A stretch of 62,758 bases of DNA, counting the filler, from Asterionella formosa (lineage: Eukaryota), in the NCBI GenBank assembly GCA_002256025.1. It is 12 parts of 12 records of this genome, joined end to end, with 100 filler letters (N's around TTAATTAATTAA, not from the genome) between each part and the next. Parts side by side here need not be neighbours in the genome. Positions count along the whole stretch, not along the records: positions 47,171 to 52,304 come from NKIB01013208.1; positions 52,405 to 57,532 come from NKIB01013209.1; positions 57,633 to 62,758 come from NKIB01013210.1; 9 more parts are not named here. One strand, written 5' to 3'. Numbering within the stretch: position 1 is the first letter of the stretch; the number at the start of each line of letters is the position of its first letter. This document shows, one piece after another, positions 47,821 to 59,375 of this stretch. Under the pieces are notes generated by a model. That model saw only the letters and a list, made by a program, of their open reading frames with translations. It was not told where the DNA came from and did not search any database. The position numbers were made by a program, and so were the translations under genes.

Positions 47821-48460
47821 GACCTTTCTGACAGATCGGTGATCTTGTTATTCCAATTCTGTAATCAAGAATTCATCAAATGCCGGTAATAGCAGGCCTT
47901 CGTTCAACAACTGGGGTCATCCCCCTCGACGAGTCATATTGTAATGGTTGGTCCAATATTTGGTCTACATACTACCGAATACAGAATGATCGTTTGCTCA
48001 AAATGTCATTAACTCATACCAGAATGTGACAGTATGCCTGATGACATTTTCATGTTCTCTTGCTGGCTCATCTCCATGAATAAGCATTCTCTGTTGCCGA
48101 CCAGCTACATCTTCTGCCTAGCAGCAACTTACTTTTCGATCCGATAGCTACCGTACTAGGGTGGGGAATGCATATTCATGGAAATGAGCCACATGCAAGA
48201 GAACATGAAAATGTCATATGAGGCATACTGTCACATTCTGGTAAGAGTTAATGACATTTTGAGCAAACGATCATTCTGTATTCGGTAGTATGTACACAAT
48301 GATCATGCAATATACTGGTTGTATACGCAGTCCAAATATGGGACCAATTATTACAATATGACTCGTCGAGGCGGATGAGTTGTTGCACGAAGGCCTGCTA
48401 TTACCGGCATTTGATGAATACAGAATTGGAATAATACACGATCACTGTATCTTTAAGGTT
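47821..48460. repeat. Long inverted repeat (foldback): arms about 47821-48090 and 48164-48460
   Basis: For example TACATACTACCGAATACAGAATGATCGTTTGCTCAAAATGTCATTAACTC and ATTCATCAAATGCCGGTAATAGCAGGCCTTCGT each have an exact reverse complement in the right arm; a few indels. Confidence 0.92.
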
Positions 48461-49835
48461 TCGGCCCTCGGCTTAACCCTAGCTTGGAGAAAACGCCGCT
48501 AGGGTTGTAAAAATGGCATGGAACAGGGAGTTTGCTGCTATGAGTTCCCATGATTTGAGTGTCCATTTGAATATTTGAATTAAATAGGAGTCCGCACCAG
48601 AAAGGCAGAGTTCCATTTTAAACAAACAAAAATGATATTTAAACGTTAATACTATATCTACGTTGCTGAATGTAGACATTATTTTGTTCCACGCCATAAC
48701 ACATAAATAAAACAGGAGTATGCCTAAATGTATGCTCATGTTATTTTTTATCCATTTATACCGGAGTAACGGTGTACAAGGGTACCTGCAGAATGAATTT
48801 TTTTTCTTTTTTTGTGTCATTCCCCCACCTGACAGATGCGTTCTGACTCGGCAGGTTTTGAGAAATCTTAGTTCGAAACTTATAACGGCTGGCACCGCCG
48901 GCCAAAATAAGCAAACAAGACTATGCAAAATTCGATATTTTCAGATAATTCAGAAAAAACAGATTTGACGAATCGTCATTTCGGGTTAAAGTAATGAAGG
49001 ACTATTTAATTTAAGCAAATGGGCTCTACTTTAAGCAAAACTACCAGTACTTTAAGCAATATTTTGCTTAAACTACCTGTAGAAGTCCTTAATTCATATT
49101 CTGGCTGCTAAAACTATATACCGGTAGACAAACACACCTACCGGTATACTGGCAAACCTTATTTCATACCGGTATAGCTGCCTGCGTCACTACCGGTAAT
49201 GGAGAAGAAACTAATTTACTGGCTATGGTACCAGTACCGGTATTGCAATTCGAGACTTTGGCTTTCTATTCTGGTGTCCCTACATCATTGCAACTTCTAA
49301 GTTGTGGTATTTGTAACATTCTTGTTGTTGACATTGGTACGTTTACCGCTTTAACTGATGTTACTGTTGCGAACGCGTTTGGTGGAAGCCTGTTCTTCGA
49401 CAGCCAACTCTTTGTATATTGCCAGCACATTCTGCTCCATCATGCTGTGACCATCATTTTTTTCCTCATTTCGTTTTCTCTTGTTCTTCGTGCTTTGGAT
49501 GGGTACATAATGTTCCAATGCAGCAGGGTTGAAACTGTAAGTTGAAATACTTGCACCATTCTCGATGACCTCATGTTGACTCTTTCCACCCTGCCCATGT
49601 TTGTCATTTTCTTTTTGTTTATCAGGATTGAGCATAGAAGATTCCAGATGCTGTAAACCCGAATCATTTGGTATCCCATCCTCATTGCCATGGTTGTTGA
49701 TAGACGAAAATGGCCTGAGAGTTTCATCAGTAGAGCTGCCTGGTGTCCAAAAGTTCCACTAGCAATGGATCCATGAATGCCATTCCTAATAGTAATGAAT
49801 GAAAGAAAGTAAGTATCATCATTTCTTATATAGTA

Positions 49836-50395
49836 TCACTTCTTTCCTATCACCATTCTAGACATACAGTTGTGGGCTTCTGTAAGGTTGTCTTCATCAG
49901 AATCATCAGAAGAAATCTCGAGCTTTTCAAGCTGCTTGACCTCTCCAATGATAATCAACTTCCACATTTGAAAGGACATGAGTTGTTTCAATGGAAGTTT
50001 TGAGCCGGTATCATTAGAGATAGGCACCTTCAACATCCGGTACCTCGCTTTCAACTTTGCTGCAACATTGAAATGCTCGAAGGAGCACTTGATTCCAGCA
50101 GGAAAAAAGAAATGAGTGTGCTTTTCAAAATTATCATCTTTGCTTCTAATCTTTGTTGCAGCAACTTTATGAGCACGCATGGTAGGTTCGCAAAGCTCTG
50201 ATTCCATGTCAAGAAGTGATAAATCTCGTTCACCTGCTGAACCATGAACATCGGCACACATGGCTCTGTGATTGTGATCCCACCTCCATTTTCATGAAGC
50301 ACCGCCTTGACCAACTTGGAATCACGTTCATCGAATCGTGGTTTCAGGATGGTCAAAATGTCTTTCAAATCGGATTTCACAACGATTTCGTTCAC
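49836..50395 (-). pseudogene. Frameshifted unknown ORF directly downstream of the DDE transposase
   Basis: Two overlapping ORFs (50395-50051 and 50261-49836) appear to join into one reading by a frameshift. Confidence 0.35.
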
Positions 50396-50399
50396 ACGA

Positions 50400-51404
50400 A
50401 ATGCGAATGTTCCACCTTGATTGTTCCATCACACAGACGGCCTCAAACACCACTTTGTGTTTGTCGACCCCATGACGAAACCTTTCATCAAGAATTCTAA
50501 ACTTCTTAATACGGCCGTTGAACGTTTCATGGCGAGCAAGAGCTCGTTTTTAAATGCCTTCACCGCTGTAGTGTCTATTGCATTGCGGACACTAATTGAA
50601 GGCTCACCTCTGTATCCTTCATCCCCAACAACCCTTTTCCCAGCCGGAATTTTGCTCTTGAGGCCTCCTTCTTCACGGAAGATTGTGACGTCGTGTGTCC
50701 CAGCAGGAAATGGACCATTAATCCATACTAGCTGGTTTCTGAAAATCGAAATACCAAGTTCATAAGCCAATCCAGGCTTGTTGTACTTCTTGGAGTACCA
50801 TCAAGCGCTAGGGTGGTTCCTAGGCTCATTGATGAGACAGTGTGTTCCATCAACAGAGATAATAAAGATTTCCTCGCTATTATTATCAGCTGCATGGAAG
50901 TCCCAAATAATCTAGAAGAGTCAAAACAAACAAAAAACCATTGTAAGTATGTGTTAAAGTACCTTTTGATAGTTGTCAATGTCCATGTTTTTCACTTACC
51001 TTTTCCGCCTTAAGCGCTTGTATTGCAAGTGCATACTCCCAAATACGCTTATGTATGGTCTTCACCACCATGTTGTAGGATCCGGCCAATTCCTCTTCAG
51101 TCTTATAAGTACTCAACCAATCCATTGTGATCAAGAAGAAAAGAGGGTCGGGCTTGTTCACTCGATCTGCACCAATATGATCCATTGACTCCAATGCAGA
51201 AAATATCTTTATACAACTCTGTGGACTGAGACCAAAGAATGAACGAAATCGTCGAAGTTTCGTTGCATCGCAAGTTCTTTCATTCCTATTCTCATCAAAT
51301 CCTGCATGAAGAAGGCCCAGATCAAGAAAATCGGAAGCAGAGAGAGGGAGCATGGTGTGTTGGAAGGAAAGGACAGGCGATTTTGTTTGGTTCAATTTGT
51401 TCAT
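50400..51404 (-). pseudogene. DDE_Tnp_4-type (PIF/Harbinger-ISL2EU-like) transposase pseudogene with one intron (50999-50912)
   Basis: RRFRSFFG; after the intron FIISVDGTHC.INEP..*WYSKKYNKPGLAYELGISI..WINGPFPAG.HD..GDEGYRGEP../RHETFNGRIKKF.IL.ERFRH. One stop and one frameshift. Confidence 0.85.
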
Positions 51405-52404
51405 GGAATCACTGATGCATTATGGGTTTGTTTGAAAATATATTTTGTTTGACTCTATTATTACCACTGTTACTCCGGAGTACCTGTCTTGTGTTTGCCA
51501 GTATAATATGATTATATTACGACAGGTACTACCGGTAATAGGTGGGTGTGATGGCAGTGAAGGGTTGAAATGGTGACATCACACATTAAGCAAAATTGCT
51601 ACTTTAAGCAAACCTATTACCTGGTACTTTAAGCAAAATCAATGGAAGCAAATGGCAGAATAAGCAAAACAGATTGGTCTCAATATTTTAGGCTTAAAAT
51701 AAAATTAATCTAAAAATAATTCGAAACAACAAGCCGGCCGGTTGATTAATCAAAGGGCCGTCAAAGAGATACACATGTATCAACTTGCAAGTGGAATCAC
51801 CATATTGCCGGGAAGACGACGTACATAGCACTACAAGCAAAATTACCGCAACTTGCTGGTACCAGTAGTACATAATCTAGGTTAATGAGGATGGATGATG
51901 AAACTACCGGTAGTACTTATTTTACCTACCAGGTACCGGTACAGTACATCTAAGGGTCGTTCTTATCAATTTCGATTTGGTATCATTTTTTTGAAAAAGT
52001 ATCATGTAACGGATGCTCGATTTAAACCGAAAAAAACCATTCTCCACAAAAATAAAAATGAAATTGTATCACCAAAAAGTATCACGAAAATTCAACGGTT
52101 ACGGGCTGGCTACAAATATGTGCTTTTCCTTCCTGACTACCGGTACATAATGATACCAAACCAGTCCTCAAACCATACTAGAAATCTACGCGAATTATGT
52201 ATATGGACTACTATAGTCAATTGTATTTGTACATGTATTTGTTGTAGTCACGTGATCATTTTCGTATTCTATTGCCTAGTACGTGCTGGTCGAGTGATAG
52301 TAGANNNNNNNNNNNNNNNNNNNNNNNNNNNNNNNNNNNNNNNNNNNNTTAATTAATTAANNNNNNNNNNNNNNNNNNNNNNNNNNNNNNNNNNNNNNNN
52401 NNNN

Positions 52405-53512
52405 TCGCAGCAAATCAGTTGCTACCGTTAGTGACAAGAAAAGTCCAAAGCACAGAAAAAGTATTAGACCCAAGGTGGAAACAGTGACTTCAGAATTAAC
52501 TGATGCCGATCAAAGCGTCGCCAGCAAATTGAGAGGTATTGCAGCACAGAATCAAATGAACATGACTCGAACATCTGCCTTTGACGAGGATTCCGGTGAC
52601 GATCACAGTTTGATAGTGCCTGGTGCCGAGATTCCGATGCTAGTCAATGGTACCGCACCCGATACAAGCTTTCAGTACAAGGCCAATATTGAAGATGAAT
52701 ATGCGGATGGTGGAGACGCGACCGTAGTCCATTTATCTGATACTGACGACGAAGATGATAACTCTCAGGTGAGCCAAGTCGAAGCTGGCGAGGTAATGAT
52801 CTCTCGCTGGCATAGGGATGACCTTGAGAACGTCCTTCTTCAATTTGAACCCTCGGAGAGAGGAAACATTGAACGGATCAATCACATGGAACAGAGTCCC
52901 GGCGAGGTGGTTCGAATTCAGAATTCTGACGGCACCCACATGGAAGGCATAATCACGGGCATGCCTGAAACTTCTTTCACCCGGGCAAACACTCGTGAAA
53001 ACCTGAATGCTGCATCGAAAAGTCAGTTTACAACTGGACCCGAATCCAAGGGTGGTTTGACACCGCATGCGTTGGGACGAAATAAGTCCATGAATCGGCT
53101 AATGAAACGCACAGGTGATTTGTTTCGACGCGATAAGACTGGGGGCGACGATACTTCAACTTGGTCCCCGCATCACAGTATTGGGACTGAGGAAGAAGGT
53201 AAGATTGCAAAAGAATCCGATTATGTGTTGGGAATTGGAGATGCATGTAATAGTTCCAAAGCGAGTCGCCCCCACACGCGGCGTCATAAGAGCGGAAAAG
53301 TAGAATCACCCACGGATGCAAGATCTGGTGCGGAAAGTGCTTCTCGATGCGGTGTGAAAAGCCCCGAAACAAATCGTGCTTTGCCCCAAAGCCTGAGTAA
53401 ATCTTTCAGAAACAGAGGCGATGATGTTTTGGTTTCACATGATGATGTGCCTGCCCCTGACCCGTTGCAAAGGAGGAAGTCATCGCGTGTCAAGCGTCGT
53501 CCTTCCACTTGA
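52405..53512 (+). CDS. Hypothetical low-complexity (S/D/E/R-rich) protein; 5'-partial
   Basis: ORF of more than 345 codons near the contig start, convergent with the MDR gene. Confidence 0.65.
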
Positions 53513-53733
53513 ATGGAATGGGGCAAACCTCGCTTCATCCTTGTCTTTTTATTCACAGGGTAATTCAGTCTAGAAAAAAAAATATATCCTCACCTAAAGT
53601 AATGAATTGCAATATATATTAGTTTACATACTATAGCCACTAGTCCAGGTCATATATTGTAAATGAATGGACCCATGTATTGCTATCTTCGGGTTGTCCC
53701 GCAACAAATAGGCAGCGTATCTTGTGTTAGTTT

Positions 53734-55256
53734 TTAAGCTTCAGGTTGCTCTCGACCCGGTCGGATATTGACCTTTCGCCGTCTCCATGGGAGACAAACA
53801 ATAATTCCCCTAGGTTGAGGACCTACTTCCAAGATAGTTTGAGCTCCTTGCACGTCAGCCAATGCAATGCGCTTGGCAATATGAGGCTTGATTTCTCGCT
53901 TGTTCAACAGGTCAAGAATAGTTGCCAAATCAGCCTATTTATATAATGTTTGAGTACGAGAGTGTGAGCTTCACCCAATTCTGTCATGATCATGACATGA
54001 ACCAACTTACCTTGAACTTCTTAGGATCACTTTTGAAACTTTCCCACACGTCATAAAAATGAGTGCGGCTCATAAAGTATTGGGCCTTGGTCCTTGCCCA
54101 AAATGCAGACAGGGGGGCACCAAAGGCTCCCATGGGTTCATTCTGCAATAAAGACGACATGCCTACGCAAACCAAGGTGCCAGTGTTCTTCAAAGCCTTG
54201 AAGGATGATTCGAATCCATCTTGGCACAAGGAATCAAAGACCACATCCATCTTTTCTTCAACGATGGGTAACCATTGATTTGTGGGCAAAGGAGTCGCAC
54301 CCAAGACTGATCTAACGTAACGGTGGTGACGATCTGGGGCAGTGCAATACACTTGAGTCGCCCCAGCTCGCAAGGAGAGTTGAATCAAGGCTTGTTCCAC
54401 TGGTCCCATGCCAGCCCCCGTCACCAGCACGGTTGAACCTTCGATAACCGCTGCCGATATCATAAGAGATTGGTACGCAGCCATATACACCGATACCATT
54501 GCCACGGCTTCCGAAGCGTCCAGATAACGCGGGACAATCACCAGCGATTGTTGAGGCACTACACAATAGCGAGCGTTCCCACCCGTTCGGACCAAGGCAG
54601 CAACACGATCGCCGACTTTGAAGTCCTGGACTTGTTCGCCAACAGTGACAATGGTTCCGACCAAGTCCATGCCGGGAGTAGCGGGAAGGCATACAGGATC
54701 AGTGACAGAAAAGCAAATGCCTCGACGCATTAAACAATCGTGCATCGAAACAGTGCTGACCTGGAGTTTATAACAACGGACGGAATGGTTGGTCAGATAC
54801 CAAATAAGCAGGTTTGTTTTCACAGAAAAGGTAGATCGAGCAAAGCGTATGGGGAATACCTACTTCAATTCTAACAACCACATCATCTGGACTCTCCACG
54901 GCGGGGATACCATAGTTTGTCCAAGTCATTAGTAAATCCGCATTTCCAAACGAATCATAAACAACCTTCTTTTGATTCTTTGTCCCTTCCTTGCTCCTAT
55001 TCGAAAAGAAAGATCTGTTTGACTTGACAGAAATCAGCGCCGTGTCTGGTTCTTCATTGCGATCCTCGTCGTTAACAGCAGCTGGCGCTTGTTCCTTACT
55101 CTCGCCGGGTTGCGCATCCGCATCAGCATGCTTGGCCTTGTGATTGCGAGCGAAAATACCGAGACGAGCTGATTTCCTTTCGGTCGTTACGGTTGTAACG
55201 GTCCCCTCTTCCTTCGTACCCTCTCCCTTCGTTCCCTTTTTCTGAAACACTGTCAT
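53734..55256 (-). CDS. MDR-family (quinone oxidoreductase / zinc-ADH-like) protein, 3 exons (55256-54864, 54760-54011, 53934-53734)
   Basis: DDVVVRIE|VSTVSMHDC..TPGMDLVG..FKVGDRVAAL..GGNARY..VLVTGAGMG. GT-AG introns at 54863-54761 and 54010-53935 keep the frame. Start codon tentative. Confidence 0.85.
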
Positions 55257-55959
55257 GACGGTCAAACGATGTAGCTTCAAGTATAGGCACCTCTATAAAT
55301 TCCATGAACCATAAGAAAGTGTCAAACAATGTTTTCTTCGCAAGCAATCACTCTTGCCGAACGAACAAAACTGGACTAAATAAATTGGACCATAGTACCG
55401 GTAGTTCGGTACCCTGGTACCGGCATAGAAACTTGCAGCTAGTTTTGAGAGAAGACCATACCCGTTCAGTATCCTTCTTAGCTCGATTCCTCAACGGAAC
55501 ACGTAGTATACTGTTGCGGCGCTGGCTGGATTGGGTGATGGAGCGTTGAAGGATATTCGTATTTGAGCGATAAGTGTCAGCACCACCAACCTGAAAAACA
55601 GAGTTCGGGATAAATATTCTTCCTTTTATGTATATACCGGTAGATATATATGTGTATCTATTATGTGTACATTTGTATGTACCCCCAGGGTAGACATTTC
55701 GGCTGATGGCGACTTGTTAGCGGTGCGCGATCTATAAACGATATGTTACATTTATCCACATGCTAAATTACGACATCGAAATGGTGATGTAGCTATAATA
55801 ATAATTCATACCGGCATATATATATATATTTGGGCACTAAGGACCCACCAATGGCCATGGATCCGCAATGACGACTTTTTAACTGTACCAGGTACTAAAG
55901 CCACTCCTAAACGGAGTGAACGCACGGTTTCAACTTATTCTGCAAGATACGTTAATTAT

Positions 55960-56131
55960 NNNNNNNNNNNNNNNNNNNNNNNNNNNNNNNNNNNNNNNNN
56001 NNNNNNNNNNNNNNNNNNNNNNNNNNNNNNNNNNNNNNNNNNNNNNNNNNNNNNNNNNNNNNNNNNNNNNNNNNNNNNNNNNNNNNNNNNNNNNNNNNNN
56101 NNNNNNNNNNNNNNNNNNNNNNNNNNNNNNN
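55960..56131. other. Intra-scaffold N gap (no linker)
   Basis: 172 N with no TTAATTAATTAA core. Confidence 0.9.
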
Positions 56132-56437
56132 CGTACTTGTATTGTTGCAGTGTGTAAGTTGTTAAAAACAGATTACGGCCCTAACGTTGGTGTCCACGCG
56201 AAATTGCGAAAATTGGATATTTTCACGTTTACTCTGTCATTGAGCTGGCATCGCCTTTTCTATACGTGTATTTATATGTGCAAGAATAATAATACGGTAT
56301 TCTTTCGATAGAATCAATTTACCGGTAGTATACCGGTAATTAAATGTGGGTACAACGTCATTCTGCTTTCGAATAACCGATACACTGTGCTCAGAAGAAT
56401 TCCGTTATGATCCAAGCAGCGCAAAAAGCATACTGTA

Positions 56438-57532
56438 CAGTGAAACCTCCCTATAAGATACACCCTGTTTACTCCTACATTTATGGCCTTTTCGTATCCT
56501 ATAGGGAGGTGTATCTTATAAGGAGGTTCAGCTAGTTTAGGCTGTTTTGTACTCCTTACTTACTACAGTACCAGGGTACATAATATGTACTAAACATTGA
56601 TTTTCATTTGGAAGAAGAAGAAAAAGATTCAATTGGAGGTTGAATAAGCCTAGAATGAGACCTTTTTTGAACAGCGGCAATTATTTCAAGCAATGGAAGT
56701 TCCTGCTCAAATAAATCTATTTCTGTCACATACATCAGTGCTGTTTTTAAACCAAGCAATGCATCTCTTGAGGTTATAGGAACCTTATTGGACACATCAC
56801 TGATTGCTGCCATAGCACTGCCTTCATCCAAGGCACTGTCATCCTCCTCATCCCCTTCATAAATATATTCAGCAACCAAATTTGCAATCAAAGGTTGAGC
56901 ACATGGGATTGCATATTCACCAAAACAATCTTGTACATAATGAATATCAACTTCTCCAAGCCTCTCCATCAGCTCCTCCACTTCATTTTCAGTTTCCTCT
57001 AGTACTGATACACATTCTTCATCACATACTTGTTTAAATCCACATGCTTTAAAGCATTTTTGAATTGTTTCAATCATGACACTTCCCCAGGATGTAGCCA
57101 TAAACTTCATTGCATCAATAACCTGCAATTTCTTAGCCAGATCTGCTGCATGTTCTCCTATTTCAATAAATTGTAATAACTGCAAAACTTGATGCTTACA
57201 AGAAAGAGCTTTCACACTTCTAATGATTCCAGCATCCAAAGGTTGCAACAAACTTGTTAAGTTTGGAGGGAAAGATTGAATCTTTACATGTGTTAGCCTT
57301 GAGCTTGTCTCCTCATCAACAATGTGGACAGGGGCGTTATCCAAGGAAAAAAGAATCGTCCTGTTCTGAGAAGCCATGTATGCATTCAAATCCAATAGAT
57401 ACTCATTAAAAATAGGATTTGTCATCCAAGCTTTGCTACTTGACTTGTACACAACTCCAAGGCGGATCAAATCAATGTTTCGAAAACAACGAGGCTTCTT
57501 GGATTTCCCAATTATGAGCGGTTGCAGCTTTT
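56438..57532 (-). mobile_element. pogo/Tigger (DDE_1) DNA transposon: 3' TIR plus transposase C-terminal part (56604-57532, 5'-partial)
   Basis: IGKSKKPRCF..KAWMT..LDNAPVH..FPPNLTSLLQPLDAGII. TA|CAGTGAAACCTCCCTATAAGATACACC TIR at 56438, with an inverted inner copy at about 56507-56532. Confidence 0.9.
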
Positions 57533-57632
57533 NNNNNNNNNNNNNNNNNNNNNNNNNNNNNNNNNNNNNNNNNNNNTTAATTAATTAANNNNNNNNNNNN
57601 NNNNNNNNNNNNNNNNNNNNNNNNNNNNNNNN

Positions 57633-58359
57633 TATTTGACAAATCTCATTGATTTTAAAGCAAATTCCAACAGTCTCTTTGGTACACTTCCTACAGAGAT
57701 TGGATACCTGAGAGGTCTAACATCATTGTATGTACAGGAAAACCAGTTGACTGGTCCGCTTCCTTCAGAAATTGGCTTTTTGAAAAATATCATTGATTTT
57801 AGAGCAAATTCCAACCGTCTCTTTGGCACAGTTCCTACAGAGATTGGATTCTTGACAGGTCTAACAGTATTAGTTCTTTGGGAAAACCAGTTGACTGGTG
57901 CACTTCCGACAGAAATTGGCAATTTGAAAAATATGGCATTATTTGCTGCAAGCACAAACCATTTCAATGGAACACTTCCTTCAGAAATTGGATTCTTGAC
58001 AAGTCTTACATTATTGCATCTATTTAATAATCAGTTGACTGGTGCACTTCCAACGGAAATTGGCAATTTGACAAGTCTCAATAATTTTCAGATTCATTCC
58101 AATATGTTTACTGGTGCAATTCCCACAGAAATTGGTCTCATGTCATCATTGAGTAAGTTTAGTTTATCTGAAACTGACATTTCTTGACCATTTGTTCTAA
58201 AATTTCACTTTCTTGACAGCCACATTAAATTTTGGAAAGAACAATTTTACAGGGCCAGTTCCAACAGAAGCATGTAATATTGCAACAATAATTTTTTGCC
58301 CACCGCTGATTTGCAACTGTGGTAGCTACTGTTCCGCAATTAAGCTCGATTGTGATTAA
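57633..58359 (+). CDS. Leucine-rich repeat protein, C-terminal part (intron 58153-58219); 5'-partial
   Basis: 24-aa LRRs (N.LTG.LPTEIG.L..L). The spliced last exon gives NNFTGPVPTEAC..C..C.C..C..C*, a Cys-rich tail. Confidence 0.85.
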
Positions 58360-59375
58360 TCATTTTTGCTCTGATGATTTGTGAACATGCATAATAATAA
58401 TTTTCTTTCTTAAAGCTGCCAGTAGTTAAATACCAAGTATCTGCTGGTGTTGATTCGAGTCATTTATATTTCATTTTAAATATTAGCAAATTGTTTGTCT
58501 ATTTTCTGTCCTGGAATCTTGGCATGGCATTGTCTGGTGTTGGCGTGGGCAATTCATCAAAATAAATCCACTAGCTTGCCTGTTGAGCAGTCCATCGTTT
58601 AGTGGGATCCCACTTCATTATATTGGAGAATAACGTGAGACTGACTGGTGATATTCCTAGAAAGCGATCCCACAGTTTTGCAGGTATAATGTATGGTAGG
58701 AAGTTCAATGGTCTCATTTGCAATCAAGGGTAGTTCTAAAATACCTGGCCATATGGCCTCATGTGGTGTGCCTACTGTGAGAATTATGCTGCATTTCTCA
58801 TGTGCCCTTGCTCCCTGGTGCCAGGGGTGCAGTGCCATTGGGTATTCAAATGTTTGACGTACGTGTGATGGTGAGGCTGTGGTATTAAAGTATCTGATGG
58901 GTTTCCGGGTCCCCCCTTCATTTTTGTATTGACGATTCGATTTGTAACTTGCTGCCGGATTGGGTCCGAGCGGATGTGGTTGGGTCTCTTTTGGCAGTTG
59001 GTTGATGGCGAGTCATGCTGCGGTGTAGCGATTCTTCTATTGGCATAATAAGGGTTTTTGGGCGATGTGTTCATTCCACAGTCAGATATATCTGAATGAT
59101 GAGGGTCTTCTCGTCTTGCTGCTGTTTGGTGCATGTTAGACAGGCTAGCGCGCTTTTGCAGACAATGCCCAATGATTATGAGACATATAATTGAAACTAG
59201 ACTAATCTGTTATTGATTTGCGTCTTACTTTGGTTATTGTCAAACTGCATTTATTCGTTTGAATATTTGCTGGTTTCCCTCACGCTTCCCCTGCGCAACA
59301 CGACAACCGTCGTATTGTAGACTATCGTCTATCATTCTTCGTCGATCCTCTCGACTTCGTGGTCTAGAACCTAAC

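Noticed and set aside
58599..59134. Minus-strand HCTPGTREQG as an integrase-like motif
   Set aside because: Too short and without supporting flanking motifs.
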